Positions 1 through 9,383 of a stretch of 64,000 nucleotides of DNA are shown here, one piece after another. A program made the translations under genes and the position numbers. The number at the start of each line of letters is the position of its first letter. The stretch's first letter is position 1. Below the pieces are notes generated by a model. That model was not told where the DNA came from. It did no database searches and saw nothing but the letters and a program-made list of their open reading frames with translations. Source of the stretch: an uncultured Rhodobacterales bacterium. GTDB taxonomy: Bacteria > Pseudomonadota > Alphaproteobacteria > Rhodobacterales > Rhodobacteraceae. The stretch covers positions 1,779 through 65,778 of the forward strand of contig CAIQOV010000007.1 in assembly GCA_903873585.1 (NCBI GenBank), read 5' to 3'.

Positions 1-1340
1 GTGGCCATGTCGCCGTTTAGGGTAAAGCCCAAATCTTCCAAGGTCTTGCGCTGTACGGCTTCGGGAATATCCATTCCCACCAGCGAAATCAGGCGCGCTG
101 GATCAAGCTTGTAGGCGCGGCTGACATCCAAAGCTGCACCGTCTTGCACCACATCTGATGCTTGCCCACCGCACAGGTCCAAGATCATCTGTGTCGCAAG
201 GTCTAGTCCCGTTAGCGTGAAGGCCGGATCAACGCCACGCTCAAAGCGGTAGCGCGCGTCAGAGTTGATCTTCAGCGCACGGCCGGTGGCTGCGATGGTG
301 ATCGGGTCCCAAAAGGCGCTTTCTAGGAAGACATCTGTCGTGGCGTCACTACAGCCCGACACTTCGCCGCCCATAATGCCAGCCAGCGATTCCACGCCTG
401 CGTCATCGGAAATCGCCATCATGCCGGGGCGCAGGGTATAGGTTTTGCCGTCCAGCGCCAAAAACTCTTCCCCGCCTGCCGCCGCATGAATGCGCAGCGT
501 GCCTTTGACCTTGCCTGCATCAAAGACGTGCAGAGGGCGGTTCAGGCCGAAGGTGAAGTAGTTCGTCACATCGACCAGCGCCGAAATCGGGCGCAGGCCG
601 ATGGCCTTCAACCGCTGTTGCAGCCAATCGGGCGAGGGGCTGTTTTTCACGCCCGTGATCGTGCGGCCTGCAAAATGCGGGCAGCCTTTGGCCTTAAGGT
701 CAGCGTCAATCGCAACCGCGATGGGCGAGGGGAAGCCGCCTTTGATCACAGCCGCCGCCAGTGGTTTCAACACGCCCAAACCCCGCGCGGCTAGGTCGCG
801 CGCGACACCGCGCACGGCCAAGGCATCGGGGCGGTTGGGGGTGATTTTGATATGGATCATCGGGTCAACCGTGGCGGGGCGGTTCACGGCCAGCCAGTCG
901 ACAAAGCGATCCCCAACCTCGCCCGAGGGCAGTTCGATGATGCCGTTATGCTCGTCAGACAGTTCCAACTCGCGCTCGGATGCCATCATCCCGTGGCTTT
1001 CCACGCCGCGAATTTTGCCCACGCCCAAGGTCACGTCGATGCCCGGCACATAATCGCCCGGTTTGCACAGCACGACCGTGATGCCTTCGCGTGCGTTCGG
1101 CGCGCCGCAGACGATTTGCTTTTCGCCCTCATCCGTCAGCACACGGCAAACCCGCAGCTTGTCGGCGTCAGGGTGCTTTTCGGCGTGCACGATCTTGGCC
1201 AAGGTAAAGGTCGCCAGCTTGGCTGCGGGGTTCACCACCTCTTCCACCTCTAGCCCAAGGTCGGTCAGCGCCTCGGTCAAGACATCCAGCGGGGCGGATG
1301 TGTCAAGGTGATCCTTTAGCCAAGACAGGGTGAATTTCAT
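1..1340 (-). CDS. pheT: Phenylalanine--tRNA ligase beta subunit (3' part runs off the window start)
   Basis: ATG at 1340 reads MKFTLSWLKDHLDT, then HPDADKLRVC and IVCGAPNAR (tRNA-binding OB domain) and ITPNRPDALGVRG; directly downstream of pheS. Absent from the ORF track because it is truncated. Confidence 0.97.
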   Translation of the reverse strand, partial: MKFTLSWLKDHLDTSAPLDVLTEALTDLGLEVEEVVNPAAKLATFTLAKIVHAEKHPDADKLRVCRVLTDEGEKQIVCGAPNAREGITVVLCKPGDYVPGIDVTLGVGKIRGVESHGMMASERELELSDEHNGIIELPSGEVGDRFVDWLAVNRPATVDPMIHIKITPNRPDALAVRGVARDLAARGLGVLKPLAAAVIKGGFPSPIAVAIDADLKAKGCPHFAGRTITGVKNSPSPDWLQQRLKAIGLRPISALVDVTNYFTFGLNRPLHVFDAGKVKGTLRIHAAAGGEEFLALDGKTYTLRPGMMAISDDAGVESLAGIMGGEVSGCSDATTDVFLESAFWDPITIAATGRALKINSDARYRFERGVDPAFTLTGLDLATQMILDLCGGQASDVVQDGAALDVSRAYKLDPARLISLVGMDIPEAVQRKTLEDLGFTLNGDMA

Positions 1341-1434
1341 AACAGCCTCCGGGGCATGGAACCCTGTGCGCGGGTGCGCGGTGCAGGGCTAGGGATAAGC
1401 GGTGTGCAGGGGCCGCAAGCGGCCAAGCCTGCCG

Positions 1435-2517
1435 TTACGACGACAGGCCGCCGGGCAAATCGGGCATGTCTAGGGCGGCAAAGCCGTAGTGGCGCAGCCA
1501 GCGCAGATCGGATTCGAAAAAGGCGCGCAGGTCGGGGATGCCATATTTCAGCATGGCGATGCGGTCGATGCCCATGCCAAAGGCAAAGCCTTGCCATTGG
1601 GTGGGGTCAACGCCAGCGGCGGCCAGAACCTTGGGGTGCACCATGCCCGACCCCAGAATTTCCAGCCATGAATCGCCTTGCCCGATTTTCAACTGGCCAC
1701 CTTCCCATGAACAGCGAATGTCCACCTCGGCCGAGGGTTCGGTGAATGGGAAATGGCTGGCGCGAAAGCGCAGTTCAACCGAGGGCACTTCAAAGAAAGC
1801 GCGGCAGAATTCTTCCAGCGTCCATTTCAGGTTCGCCATCGAAATGTTGCGGTCAATCGCCAGACCTTCAACTTGGTGGAACATGGGGGCGTGGGTTTGG
1901 TCCATATCCATGCGGTACACACGGCCTGGTGCGATCACGCGGATCGGCGCGCCTTGGGCGGTCATCGCGCGAATTTGCACGGGCGAGGTGTGGGTGCGCA
2001 GCACATGGGGCGGGCGGGCATCATCGGCGGCGCGGGCCATGAAGAACGTGTCATGCTCTTGGCGGGCGGGGTGTTCGGGCGGGATGTTCAGCGCGTCGAA
2101 ATTATACCAGTCGCTTTCGATCTGCGGGCCTTCGGCGACGGCAAAGCCCATGTCGCCAAAAATCGCCGTCAACTCTTCCATCACTTGGCTGACCGGATGG
2201 ATAGAGCCGTGCGGGCGCGGGCGACCGGGCAGGGTGACATCCAGCCATTCGCTGCGCAGACGCTCGTCCAGCGCAGCATCGGCCAGCCCCGCCTTTTTGG
2301 CGCGCAGGGCGGCGTCAATTTCATCTTTCAGCAGGTTCAGGTTGGCCCCCGCGGCCTTGCGCGCATCAGGGTCCATCTTGCCCAAAGACGCCATCAGGGC
2401 CGAGATTTCGCCCTTTTTCCCCAAGGCTTGCAGGCGCACGTCTTCCAACGCAGATTCGTCAGAGGCACCCGCCACAGCGGTCAGATATTTGGCTTTCAGC
2501 GTGTCGAGCCCGTCCAT
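1435..2517 (-). CDS. pheS: Phenylalanine--tRNA ligase alpha subunit
   Basis: [55 protein letters not shown] motifs. Confidence 0.98.
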   Translation of the reverse strand: MDGLDTLKAKYLTAVAGASDESALEDVRLQALGKKGEISALMASLGKMDPDARKAAGANLNLLKDEIDAALRAKKAGLADAALDERLRSEWLDVTLPGRPRPHGSIHPVSQVMEELTAIFGDMGFAVAEGPQIESDWYNFDALNIPPEHPARQEHDTFFMARAADDARPPHVLRTHTSPVQIRAMTAQGAPIRVIAPGRVYRMDMDQTHAPMFHQVEGLAIDRNISMANLKWTLEEFCRAFFEVPSVELRFRASHFPFTEPSAEVDIRCSWEGGQLKIGQGDSWLEILGSGMVHPKVLAAAGVDPTQWQGFAFGMGIDRIAMLKYGIPDLRAFFESDLRWLRHYGFAALDMPDLPGGLSS

Positions 2518-2707
2518 GGCAGTCTCCTTCAGGTCGGGTTGGTGCTAACGGGAAGGGGCGTGGGATTCAAGTGGGCAGGCTGGATGTGGTTTGGATTTGG
2601 CCCAAATTGCGGCGCTGCGCCTTGTTCCAAGCGGCTGTGTCGGCTTAAATGGGCGCGTAAGCCGTTGTTTGGCCGTGCTGCGTGTTTGACCAAAGGAATT
2701 GTGCCTT

Positions 2708-3322
2708 TTGCTGATTTTCTTCAAACCCAAACTGGTGCTGTTCGCCATCCCCAAAACGGCCACCTCGGCCCTGCATCTGGCCTTGCGCAACGAGGCTGAT
2801 GTAAAAGCCCTGCGCGTGGGGGAAAAGCCGGGCAAGCACATAGGCTTCGCCGACTTTCGCAACCGGTATGAGCAGGCTTTGCTGGGCGATCAGGCTGGGT
2901 CGTTTGACTATGTGGGCGTGATGCGCGAACCGGTCAGTTGGCTGTCAAGCTGGCACAGGTTTCGCCAAGCGGATCGGTTGGATGGCTTGCCCAAGTCGAC
3001 CAAGGGCGTTGGCTTTGACCAGTTCGTGCAAGATTTTTGCAGCCCCCATCCCCCCGCCCACGCCAAGATTCCCGCGCAATCCCAGCTTGTATGCGATGCG
3101 CAGGGCAAGGTGGGCATCAACCGGCTGTTTCGCTATGATGACATCGCCAGCCTGATTGGCTTTATGCAAGACCGCTTGGGCCATTCTATTGCTGTCGGGC
3201 AGGTGAACGTGTCGACCAACGTGGCGCGGGCGGATTTGTCGCCCAAGACCTTGGCCCTGTATCAATCCCGCTTTGCGCGCGACTTTGAAATCTATCACGG
3301 CCTGCCGCAACGCGCCTTGTGA
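2708..3322 (+). CDS. Sulfotransferase-fold hypothetical protein (probable TTG start at 2708)
   Basis: AIPKTATSA resembles the 5'-PSB loop and MREPVSWLSSW resembles the 3'-PB motif of PAPS-dependent sulfotransferases; AAAGGA upstream. Confidence 0.55.
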   Translation: MLIFFKPKLVLFAIPKTATSALHLALRNEADVKALRVGEKPGKHIGFADFRNRYEQALLGDQAGSFDYVGVMREPVSWLSSWHRFRQADRLDGLPKSTKGVGFDQFVQDFCSPHPPAHAKIPAQSQLVCDAQGKVGINRLFRYDDIASLIGFMQDRLGHSIAVGQVNVSTNVARADLSPKTLALYQSRFARDFEIYHGLPQRAL

Positions 3323-3328
3323 CAAACG

Positions 3329-3358
3329 AAAAGGCCCCGCCAAATGGCAGGGCCTTTT
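3329..3358. terminator. Bidirectional intrinsic terminator between the convergent sulfotransferase-like gene and rplT
   Basis: AAAAGGCCC-cgcc-aaat-ggca-GGGCCTTTT, with A/T tracts on both sides. Confidence 0.85.
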
Positions 3359-3380
3359 ACGAAATCTGACGCTTCCGATG

Positions 3381-3752
3381 TTAGGCGGATGCGGGCAAAG
3401 CGGCTTTGGCTTGGGCTGCGATGGCGTTGAACGCCTCGGGCTCATGCACGGCCAGATCGGCCAGAACTTTGCGGTCAACCATGATGCCAGCCTTGTTCAG
3501 GCCATCAATCAGGCGCGAATAGGTGAAGGCCGGGTCGAACAGGCGAACGGCAGCGTTGATACGCGCAATCCACAAGACGCGGAACTGACGCTTGCGGGCC
3601 TTACGGTCACGCGTTGCGTATTGTTGGGCCTTGTCGACGGCCTGTGTGGCTGTCTTGAAGTTGGTCGAGCGGGCGGCATAATAGCCAGCCGCTTTGGCGA
3701 TCACCTTACGGTGGCGGGCGTGGGTGACAACGCCGGATTTGACGCGGGACAT
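3381..3752 (-). CDS. rplT: 50S ribosomal protein L20
   Basis: [17 protein letters not shown]...[25 protein letters not shown]...[10 protein letters not shown]. Confidence 0.99.
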   Translation of the reverse strand: MSRVKSGVVTHARHRKVIAKAAGYYAARSTNFKTATQAVDKAQQYATRDRKARKRQFRVLWIARINAAVRLFDPAFTYSRLIDGLNKAGIMVDRKVLADLAVHEPEAFNAIAAQAKAALPASA

Positions 3753-3764
3753 ATCTGGCTCTCC

Positions 3765-3965
3765 TTAGCGGTTGTACGGCATGTATTTTTTGACGATCTT
3801 TTCGTCCGACGCGTTGAGGATCATGGTCCCCGCCGAGTTGCGGACGAATTTCGCCGTGCGCTTGATCATGCCGTGACGCTTGCCTGCGGGGCCTGCGATC
3901 ACGTGGCCGTTGGCGGTAAAGCGGAAGCGCTTTTTGGCCGCCGATTTGGTCTTCATCTTGGGCAT
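3765..3965 (-). CDS. rpmI: 50S ribosomal protein L35
   Basis: [14 protein letters not shown]...GKRHGMIKR, 66 aa from ATG 3965, upstream of rplT. Confidence 0.98.
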   Translation of the reverse strand: MPKMKTKSAAKKRFRFTANGHVIAGPAGKRHGMIKRTAKFVRNSAGTMILNASDEKIVKKYMPYNR

Positions 3966-4150
3966 TTCGATCTCCGTCGTTGCAGGCACGACTCGGCATG
4001 CCACGTGGGCCGGCCGTGCGGGGTATTCAGAGGCTGCCGTATAAGGGCAGGTAGGGGCGGGCGCAAGGACCTATGCGCAGGTTTGTCATCGGTCCGTCAC
4101 ATAGGGTGGGGCAGGCCAGCACTGGCCAGCTTGCCCCAGAATTTAAGCCA

Positions 4151-5596
4151 TCAGTCCGGATCAACGGCGGAAATCAACCGCTCGTCACACGGGGCCACGC
4201 GCAGCACGTTGGTGGTGCCTTTGACGTTAAAGGGCACGCCAGCGGTCAGCACGATCATGTCTTCGATACCGGCAAACCCATCATCGCGCGCGGCTTTGAC
4301 AGCGGCCAGAACGGCGCCTTTCAAACGCTCTTGCGGTTCAGAGATCACGCAATGCGTGCCCCATGTCAGCGCAAGGCGCCGCGCAGTCGACATCAAGGGC
4401 GTCAGCGCGATGATCGGAACCCGTGGCCGTTCACGCGATACCAAGGCCGCCGTTGTGCCAGATTGGCTGAACGAACAGATGGCTTTGATATTGGTCGCCT
4501 CGGCAATTTCGCGCGCGGCGGCCACGATGCCATCGGCAATCGATTCGCGGCGAATTTGGCGGCTGGCCTCGATCACTTGGCGATAGGTCGGGTCTTTTTC
4601 GACCGAGATGGCGACGTTGTTCATCGTCGTCACGGCTTCGATCGGGTATTTTCCAGCGGCAGATTCGGCCGACAGCATGATGGCGTCTGCGCCTTCATAA
4701 ATCGCGGTCGCCACGTCAGACACTTCGGCACGGGTGGGCACGGGCGCTTCGATCATCGATTCCAGCATCTGTGTCGCGACGATCACCGGCTTTGCCGCTG
4801 CGCGTGCGCCGCGGATCAGGCGTTTTTGAATCGGCGGCACGGTGTACACCGGCAGTTCGACCCCCAAATCGCCCCGCGCCACCATGATCCCGTCCGAGAC
4901 TTGCAAGATGGCGTCATAGGCTTTGACAGCGGCAGGCTTTTCAATCTTGGCCATCAGCGCGGCACGGCCACGCGCCAAAGTGCGCGCTTCGATCACGTCT
5001 TCGGGGCGCTGCACGAACGACAGCGCCAGCCAATCGACGCCCAATTCGCAAGCAAATTCCAGATCGACGCGGTCTTTGTCTGACAAAGCGGCCACGGGCA
5101 ACAGCACGTCTGGCACGTTCACGCCCTTGCGGTTGGAAATCGTGCCCCCCACGGTGACGGTGCAATTGGCATAATCCTTGCCGCAGTCATCCACCACAAC
5201 GCGGATTTTGCCATCGTTGACCAGCAAGGATGCGCCCGGTTCAAGGGCGGCAAAAATCTCGGGGTGGGGCAGTTGCACGCGGGTCACATCGCCCGGCGCT
5301 GCGGCCAGATCCATGCGGAACTTTGCTCCTTCAACCAGCTCTTCGCTGCCATTGGCAAAGGTGCCGACGCGCAGTTTGGGGCCCTGAAGGTCGGCCAAGA
5401 TGCCAATCGGGCGGCCTAGATCAGCCTCAACCTTGCGGATGATGGTGTGGCGGGCGCGAATGTCATCATGGGTGCCATGGCTCATGTTCAAGCGGAACAC
5501 ATCGGCCCCGGCTTCGAACAAAGCGCGGATGGTGGCGTAGTCGCTTGAGGCTGGGCCCAAAGTGGCCACGATCTTGACGTTCCGAAGGCGTCTCAT
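4151..5596 (-). CDS. pyk: Pyruvate kinase
   Basis: KIVATLGPAS, RLNMSHG, DLQGPKLR, MVARGDLGVE, ATQMLESM, DAIMLSAES. Confidence 0.98.
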   Translation of the reverse strand: MRRLRNVKIVATLGPASSDYATIRALFEAGADVFRLNMSHGTHDDIRARHTIIRKVEADLGRPIGILADLQGPKLRVGTFANGSEELVEGAKFRMDLAAAPGDVTRVQLPHPEIFAALEPGASLLVNDGKIRVVVDDCGKDYANCTVTVGGTISNRKGVNVPDVLLPVAALSDKDRVDLEFACELGVDWLALSFVQRPEDVIEARTLARGRAALMAKIEKPAAVKAYDAILQVSDGIMVARGDLGVELPVYTVPPIQKRLIRGARAAAKPVIVATQMLESMIEAPVPTRAEVSDVATAIYEGADAIMLSAESAAGKYPIEAVTTMNNVAISVEKDPTYRQVIEASRQIRRESIADGIVAAAREIAEATNIKAICSFSQSGTTAALVSRERPRVPIIALTPLMSTARRLALTWGTHCVISEPQERLKGAVLAAVKAARDDGFAGIEDMIVLTAGVPFNVKGTTNVLRVAPCDERLISAVDPD

Positions 5597-5835
5597 GCCT
5601 TGATCCTTTATGTCGCGTTCACAGGTTACGGTGGGCCGATGGCCTTATGGCCCAATTGCCCGAAAGGAGCAACTGGCCGCGGCAGGGATAAGTCACGCCG
5701 CGTGACGATTAAGCAAAGGTCCGGTGAAGCTTTGGGCGCGATGCAGGTTTTTTGGCCCCTTGGGGCGGTTTTTTGGCGGGCGGTGATTCCCTTTCGGGTG
5801 GGTGTTGGTTAGGATTGACGACCAAAGGAGACGCC

Positions 5836-6579
5836 ATGCCGCCGTTTCACATCCTTGGCGCTGACCGCCCCGGCCGCTGGCTGGTGACGTGCGACCACGC
5901 CACGAACCGTGTGCCGGACGATGTGTGTGGCGGTGATCTTGGAGTGTCCGCGCAAGACATGGCGCGGCACATCGCGTGGGATGTGGGTGCGCGCGGGCTG
6001 GCCGAGGCTTTGGGTGCGGCGCTGAACAGCCCCGTGATTTGCAGCGATTTCAGCCGTCTGGTGATTGATGCCAACAGGGGCGAAGAAGACCCCACGCTGG
6101 TGATGCAGCTTTATGACGGCACGATCATTCGCGGAAACGCGGGCATTGGTGAGGCCGAGGTGGCGCGCCGTCTGCAAACCCTGCACCGCCCCTATCACGC
6201 AGCGCTGGCCCAACTGGCGGCACGGCGGGCGGATACGGTGATTGTGGCGATCCATTCTTTCACCCCCTGCCTGCGCGGTCGCGCCCCGCGGCCTTGGGCG
6301 GTGGGGGTGCTGTATTCGCACCTTGACCCGCGCTTGTCGCAGGCGTTGATTGCGGGTCTGCGCGCTGACGGCGATCTGTGCGTGGGCGATAACGAACCCT
6401 ATGACGGCCATCTACCCGGCGATTCGATTGATATGCACGCGCTGCAAATGGGGCGGCACAACACGCTGATCGAACTGCGCTCTGATCTGATTGCTGATCG
6501 TGCTGCACAACACCACTGGGCCAAGCGACTGGCGCCCGCCCTGATACAAGCCTTGGAGGCTGTCGATGCACCTAGATGA
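5836..6579 (+). CDS. N-formylglutamate amidohydrolase family protein
   Basis: TCDHATN, HIAWDVGA, FSRLVIDANR, HSFTP, GDNEPY, IELRSDL; RBS AAGGAG before ATG 5836. Confidence 0.88.
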   Translation: MPPFHILGADRPGRWLVTCDHATNRVPDDVCGGDLGVSAQDMARHIAWDVGARGLAEALGAALNSPVICSDFSRLVIDANRGEEDPTLVMQLYDGTIIRGNAGIGEAEVARRLQTLHRPYHAALAQLAARRADTVIVAIHSFTPCLRGRAPRPWAVGVLYSHLDPRLSQALIAGLRADGDLCVGDNEPYDGHLPGDSIDMHALQMGRHNTLIELRSDLIADRAAQHHWAKRLAPALIQALEAVDAPR

Positions 6580-6898
6580 TGCGACCCGTGAAAAGCTGGA
6601 AGCCGCCGCCTTTCGCGCGCTGATGCACCACCTGCTCGAAAAGCGCCCCGATGTGCAAAACATCGACCTGATGAACCTTGCAGGCTTTTGCCGCAACTGC
6701 CTAAGCCGCTGGTATAATGAAGCCGCCACCGCCGAAGGCATCGCGATGACGAAAGACGAGGCCCGCGAAATCGTTTATGGTATGCCCTATGCCGATTGGG
6801 TGGCGCAAAACCAAACCCCCGCTGATGCTGGTAAGACAGCGGCGTTTGAAACGGCTTTCCGCACCAATGTTGGCGGCGAACCGCCCAAACACGGCTAA
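6566..6898 (+). CDS. DUF1244 family protein
   Basis: EAAAFRALMHHL...DVQNIDLMNLAGFCRNCLSRWY...REIVYGMPY. Confidence 0.9.
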   Translation: MHLDDATREKLEAAAFRALMHHLLEKRPDVQNIDLMNLAGFCRNCLSRWYNEAATAEGIAMTKDEAREIVYGMPYADWVAQNQTPADAGKTAAFETAFRTNVGGEPPKHG

Positions 6899-6922
6899 GG
6901 TTGCTGGCTGCCGCCGGCGTAG

Positions 6923-7143
6923 GCGGGGGGGGCAGCCCCCCCGATCGCCCCCGCCGAAGGGGCCTTTTGCCCCTCCGGACCTCCCCGAGGGTATGTTCGC
7001 CCAAGATGAAGCTGAAACAGGTTTGGGGGCCGAGGGCTGTAGCCTGCCCTTTGGCTATTTCATCTTGGCAAAACTACTCTACTGGGGGTGACGGGGGGGC
7101 GTAAGCCGCCCCCGTCGCGGGGGGTGCGGGAGGCAGCCCCCCG
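6923..7143. repeat. Inverted pair of REP-like GC-rich double-hairpin elements (6923-7011 reverse, 7058-7143 forward)
   Basis: Both begin (C/T)TTCATCTTGG..AA..TAC and continue with two GGGG-loop-CCCC hairpins; a related shorter copy lies at 56270-56314. Confidence 0.7.
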
Positions 7144-7160
7144 TGTGTGGGCCAGCGCTG

Positions 7161-7694
7161 CTAGCGCATCGCGTCTAGAACCGCCAAAGTCTCAGGCGCG
7201 CTCCAATCCGCGCCGCCGATTAAGCGCGCCACTTCCATCCCCTGAGGGTTCACGATCACCGTCACCGGCAACCCCATAATCCCCATCTGATGCGCCAAGT
7301 CTTGTGTCGGGTCGCGCAACACGGTCAGGGTATGAACCCCCGCCTGATCCAAAAAGCGCTGAATAGCGGGCAAGGGGTTTGGGCCTGTGGCCACTGCCAC
7401 CACGGCAATATCTGGCCGCAGGGTGGCCAAGCGGTCCAGCGCGGGCATCTCTTCGCGGCAGGGCACGCACCATGTGGCCCATAGGTTCAACACCAGCCAT
7501 TTGCCCTTGGCCGCTTCCAAACCCGCAGCTTCGTCTGCCAGCCCCACCAACGCCACCTGCGGCAGAGGCTTTGGCTCTTCCAGCGTCAGCTTGGCCATCG
7601 CCCCTGTCAGCAAGCTTGGGTCCACCCCCCCCGCCACCGCCATATTTGCGCAAGCCAGAAAGGCCGTATAAAGGAAAGCCCGAATGATCCGCAT
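7161..7694 (-). CDS. tlpA: TlpA-family thioredoxin-like disulfide reductase with N-terminal signal/anchor
   Basis: [16 protein letters not shown] (CXXC) and [24 protein letters not shown]; divergent from argH. Confidence 0.85.
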   Translation of the reverse strand: MRIIRAFLYTAFLACANMAVAGGVDPSLLTGAMAKLTLEEPKPLPQVALVGLADEAAGLEAAKGKWLVLNLWATWCVPCREEMPALDRLATLRPDIAVVAVATGPNPLPAIQRFLDQAGVHTLTVLRDPTQDLAHQMGIMGLPVTVIVNPQGMEVARLIGGADWSAPETLAVLDAMR

Positions 7695-7717
7695 CACACC
7701 TCGCAAAGGGGGCCGCC

Positions 7718-9118
7718 ATGACCCAATCCGAAAAACCTGCCGCCAATACCATGTGGGGCGGGCGCTTTGCCAGCGGGCCGGATGCGATCATGACGGCGAT
7801 CAACGCCTCGATCGGCTTTGACCAGCGCCTTTACGCCCAAGACATCGCGGGCTCTCGTGCCCATGCCGCCATGCTGGCCGCCACGGGTATCATCACCGAT
7901 AGCGATGCGCAGGCCATTCGGGAAGGCCTGCTCACGGTCTTGTCAGAGATTGAGAGCGGCAATTTCACCTTTCGCACCGATTTGGAAGACATCCACCTCA
8001 ACATCGAATCCCGCCTGACCGAGATTGTGGGCGATGCGGGCAAGCGGGTGCACACGGGTCGTTCGCGCAACGATCAGGTCGCCGTCGACTTTCGCCTGTG
8101 GGTGCGCGACCAGTGCGATGCGGCGGTTGCGGGCCTAACCGCGCTGATGCACGCCTTTTTGGCGCAGGCAGAGGCTGGGGCCGATTGGGTCATGCCGGGT
8201 TTTACGCATCTGCAAGTGGCCCAACCCGTCACTTGGGGCCATCATATGCTGGCCTATGTCGAAATGCTGGGCCGTGATCGGTCGCGCTTTGCCGATGCGC
8301 GCCGTCGGATGAACGAATGCCCCTTGGGTGCTGCGGCCTTGGCGGGCACGGGCTTTCCAATCGACCGGCACATGACCGCCGCCGCCTTGGGGTTTGATCG
8401 GCCCACCGCCAACAGCCTTGATTCCGTATCAGACCGCGATTTCGCGCTGGAATTCCTGTCAGCCTCTGCCATCTGTGCCACTCACCTGTCGCGCTTTGCT
8501 GAAGAGCTGGTGATCTGGTCCACCGCGCAATTTCGCTTTGTCAAACTGTCTGACAAGTGGACAACCGGCTCATCCATCATGCCGCAGAAAAAGAACCCCG
8601 ATGCGGCCGAACTGCTGCGGGCCAAGATCGGGCGGATTTTGGGGGCTACCGTGGCGCTGTTCACCGTGATGAAGGGTCTGCCCCTGACCTATTCCAAGGA
8701 TATGCAGGAAGACAAAGAACAGGTCTTTGATGCCGCCGACACGCTGATGCTGTCGCTTGCCGCCATGACAGGCATGGTCAGCGATATGACGGCGCAAAAA
8801 GACACGCTCAAAACCGCCGCCGCATCGGGCTTTTCCACCGCCACCGATCTGGCCGATTGGCTGGTGCGCGCCCTTGGCCTGCCCTTTCGCGAAGCGCACC
8901 ACATCACTGGCCGCCTTGTCGCCTTGGCCGAAAGCAAGGGCTGTGATCTGCCCGATCTGACCTTGGCCGAGATGCAATCCGCCCATCCCAATATCAACCA
9001 AGAGGTTTATTCCGTGCTTGGCGTCGAAAACTCGGTCCGTTCGCGGCAATCTTACGGCGGAACCGCGCCCGATCAGGTGCGCGCCCAAATTGCCCGCTGG
9101 AAAGCCGCGCTGGCGTAA
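7718..9118 (+). CDS. argH: Argininosuccinate lyase
   Basis: [45 protein letters not shown]. Confidence 0.98.
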   Translation: MTQSEKPAANTMWGGRFASGPDAIMTAINASIGFDQRLYAQDIAGSRAHAAMLAATGIITDSDAQAIREGLLTVLSEIESGNFTFRTDLEDIHLNIESRLTEIVGDAGKRVHTGRSRNDQVAVDFRLWVRDQCDAAVAGLTALMHAFLAQAEAGADWVMPGFTHLQVAQPVTWGHHMLAYVEMLGRDRSRFADARRRMNECPLGAAALAGTGFPIDRHMTAAALGFDRPTANSLDSVSDRDFALEFLSASAICATHLSRFAEELVIWSTAQFRFVKLSDKWTTGSSIMPQKKNPDAAELLRAKIGRILGATVALFTVMKGLPLTYSKDMQEDKEQVFDAADTLMLSLAAMTGMVSDMTAQKDTLKTAAASGFSTATDLADWLVRALGLPFREAHHITGRLVALAESKGCDLPDLTLAEMQSAHPNINQEVYSVLGVENSVRSRQSYGGTAPDQVRAQIARWKAALA

Positions 9119-9153
9119 CCTACGCTTGCCGTGACCCGTTGAAAGGTGCCCCT

Positions 9154-9294
9154 ATGCCTCGCCTTGCCCTTCTTGCGCTTATAGCCCTAACAGCCTGCGG
9201 GGCGGAAGGTGCGCCACAGGCCCCGAAAGACCAGCCCGCCAACGGGATTTCCATCACAGGCACAGCGTCGATGGGCGTTGTGGTCAAGAGCTAG
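9154..9294 (+). CDS. Small lipoprotein (46 aa), LptM/YifL-like lipoprotein-attachment family; not in the ORF track
   Basis: MPRLALLALIALTAC-GAEGAPQAPKDQPANGISITGTASMGVVVKS*, lipobox LTAC, RBS GAAAGG, argH-lysA position. Confidence 0.75.
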   Translation: MPRLALLALIALTACGAEGAPQAPKDQPANGISITGTASMGVVVKS

Positions 9295-9383
9295 GCCCCT
9301 TGCCTAGAACCGATCCACAGCAATTGCACCCTTTCGCCCTTCTGCTATAGCTGCGGCCATCACTTCTTTGGGGTTTGCGGCGC

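Noticed and set aside
3951-3962. CTTCATCTTGGG matching the REP-like end motif
   Set aside because: It is the reverse complement of the rpmI PKMK codons and has no adjacent GC hairpin
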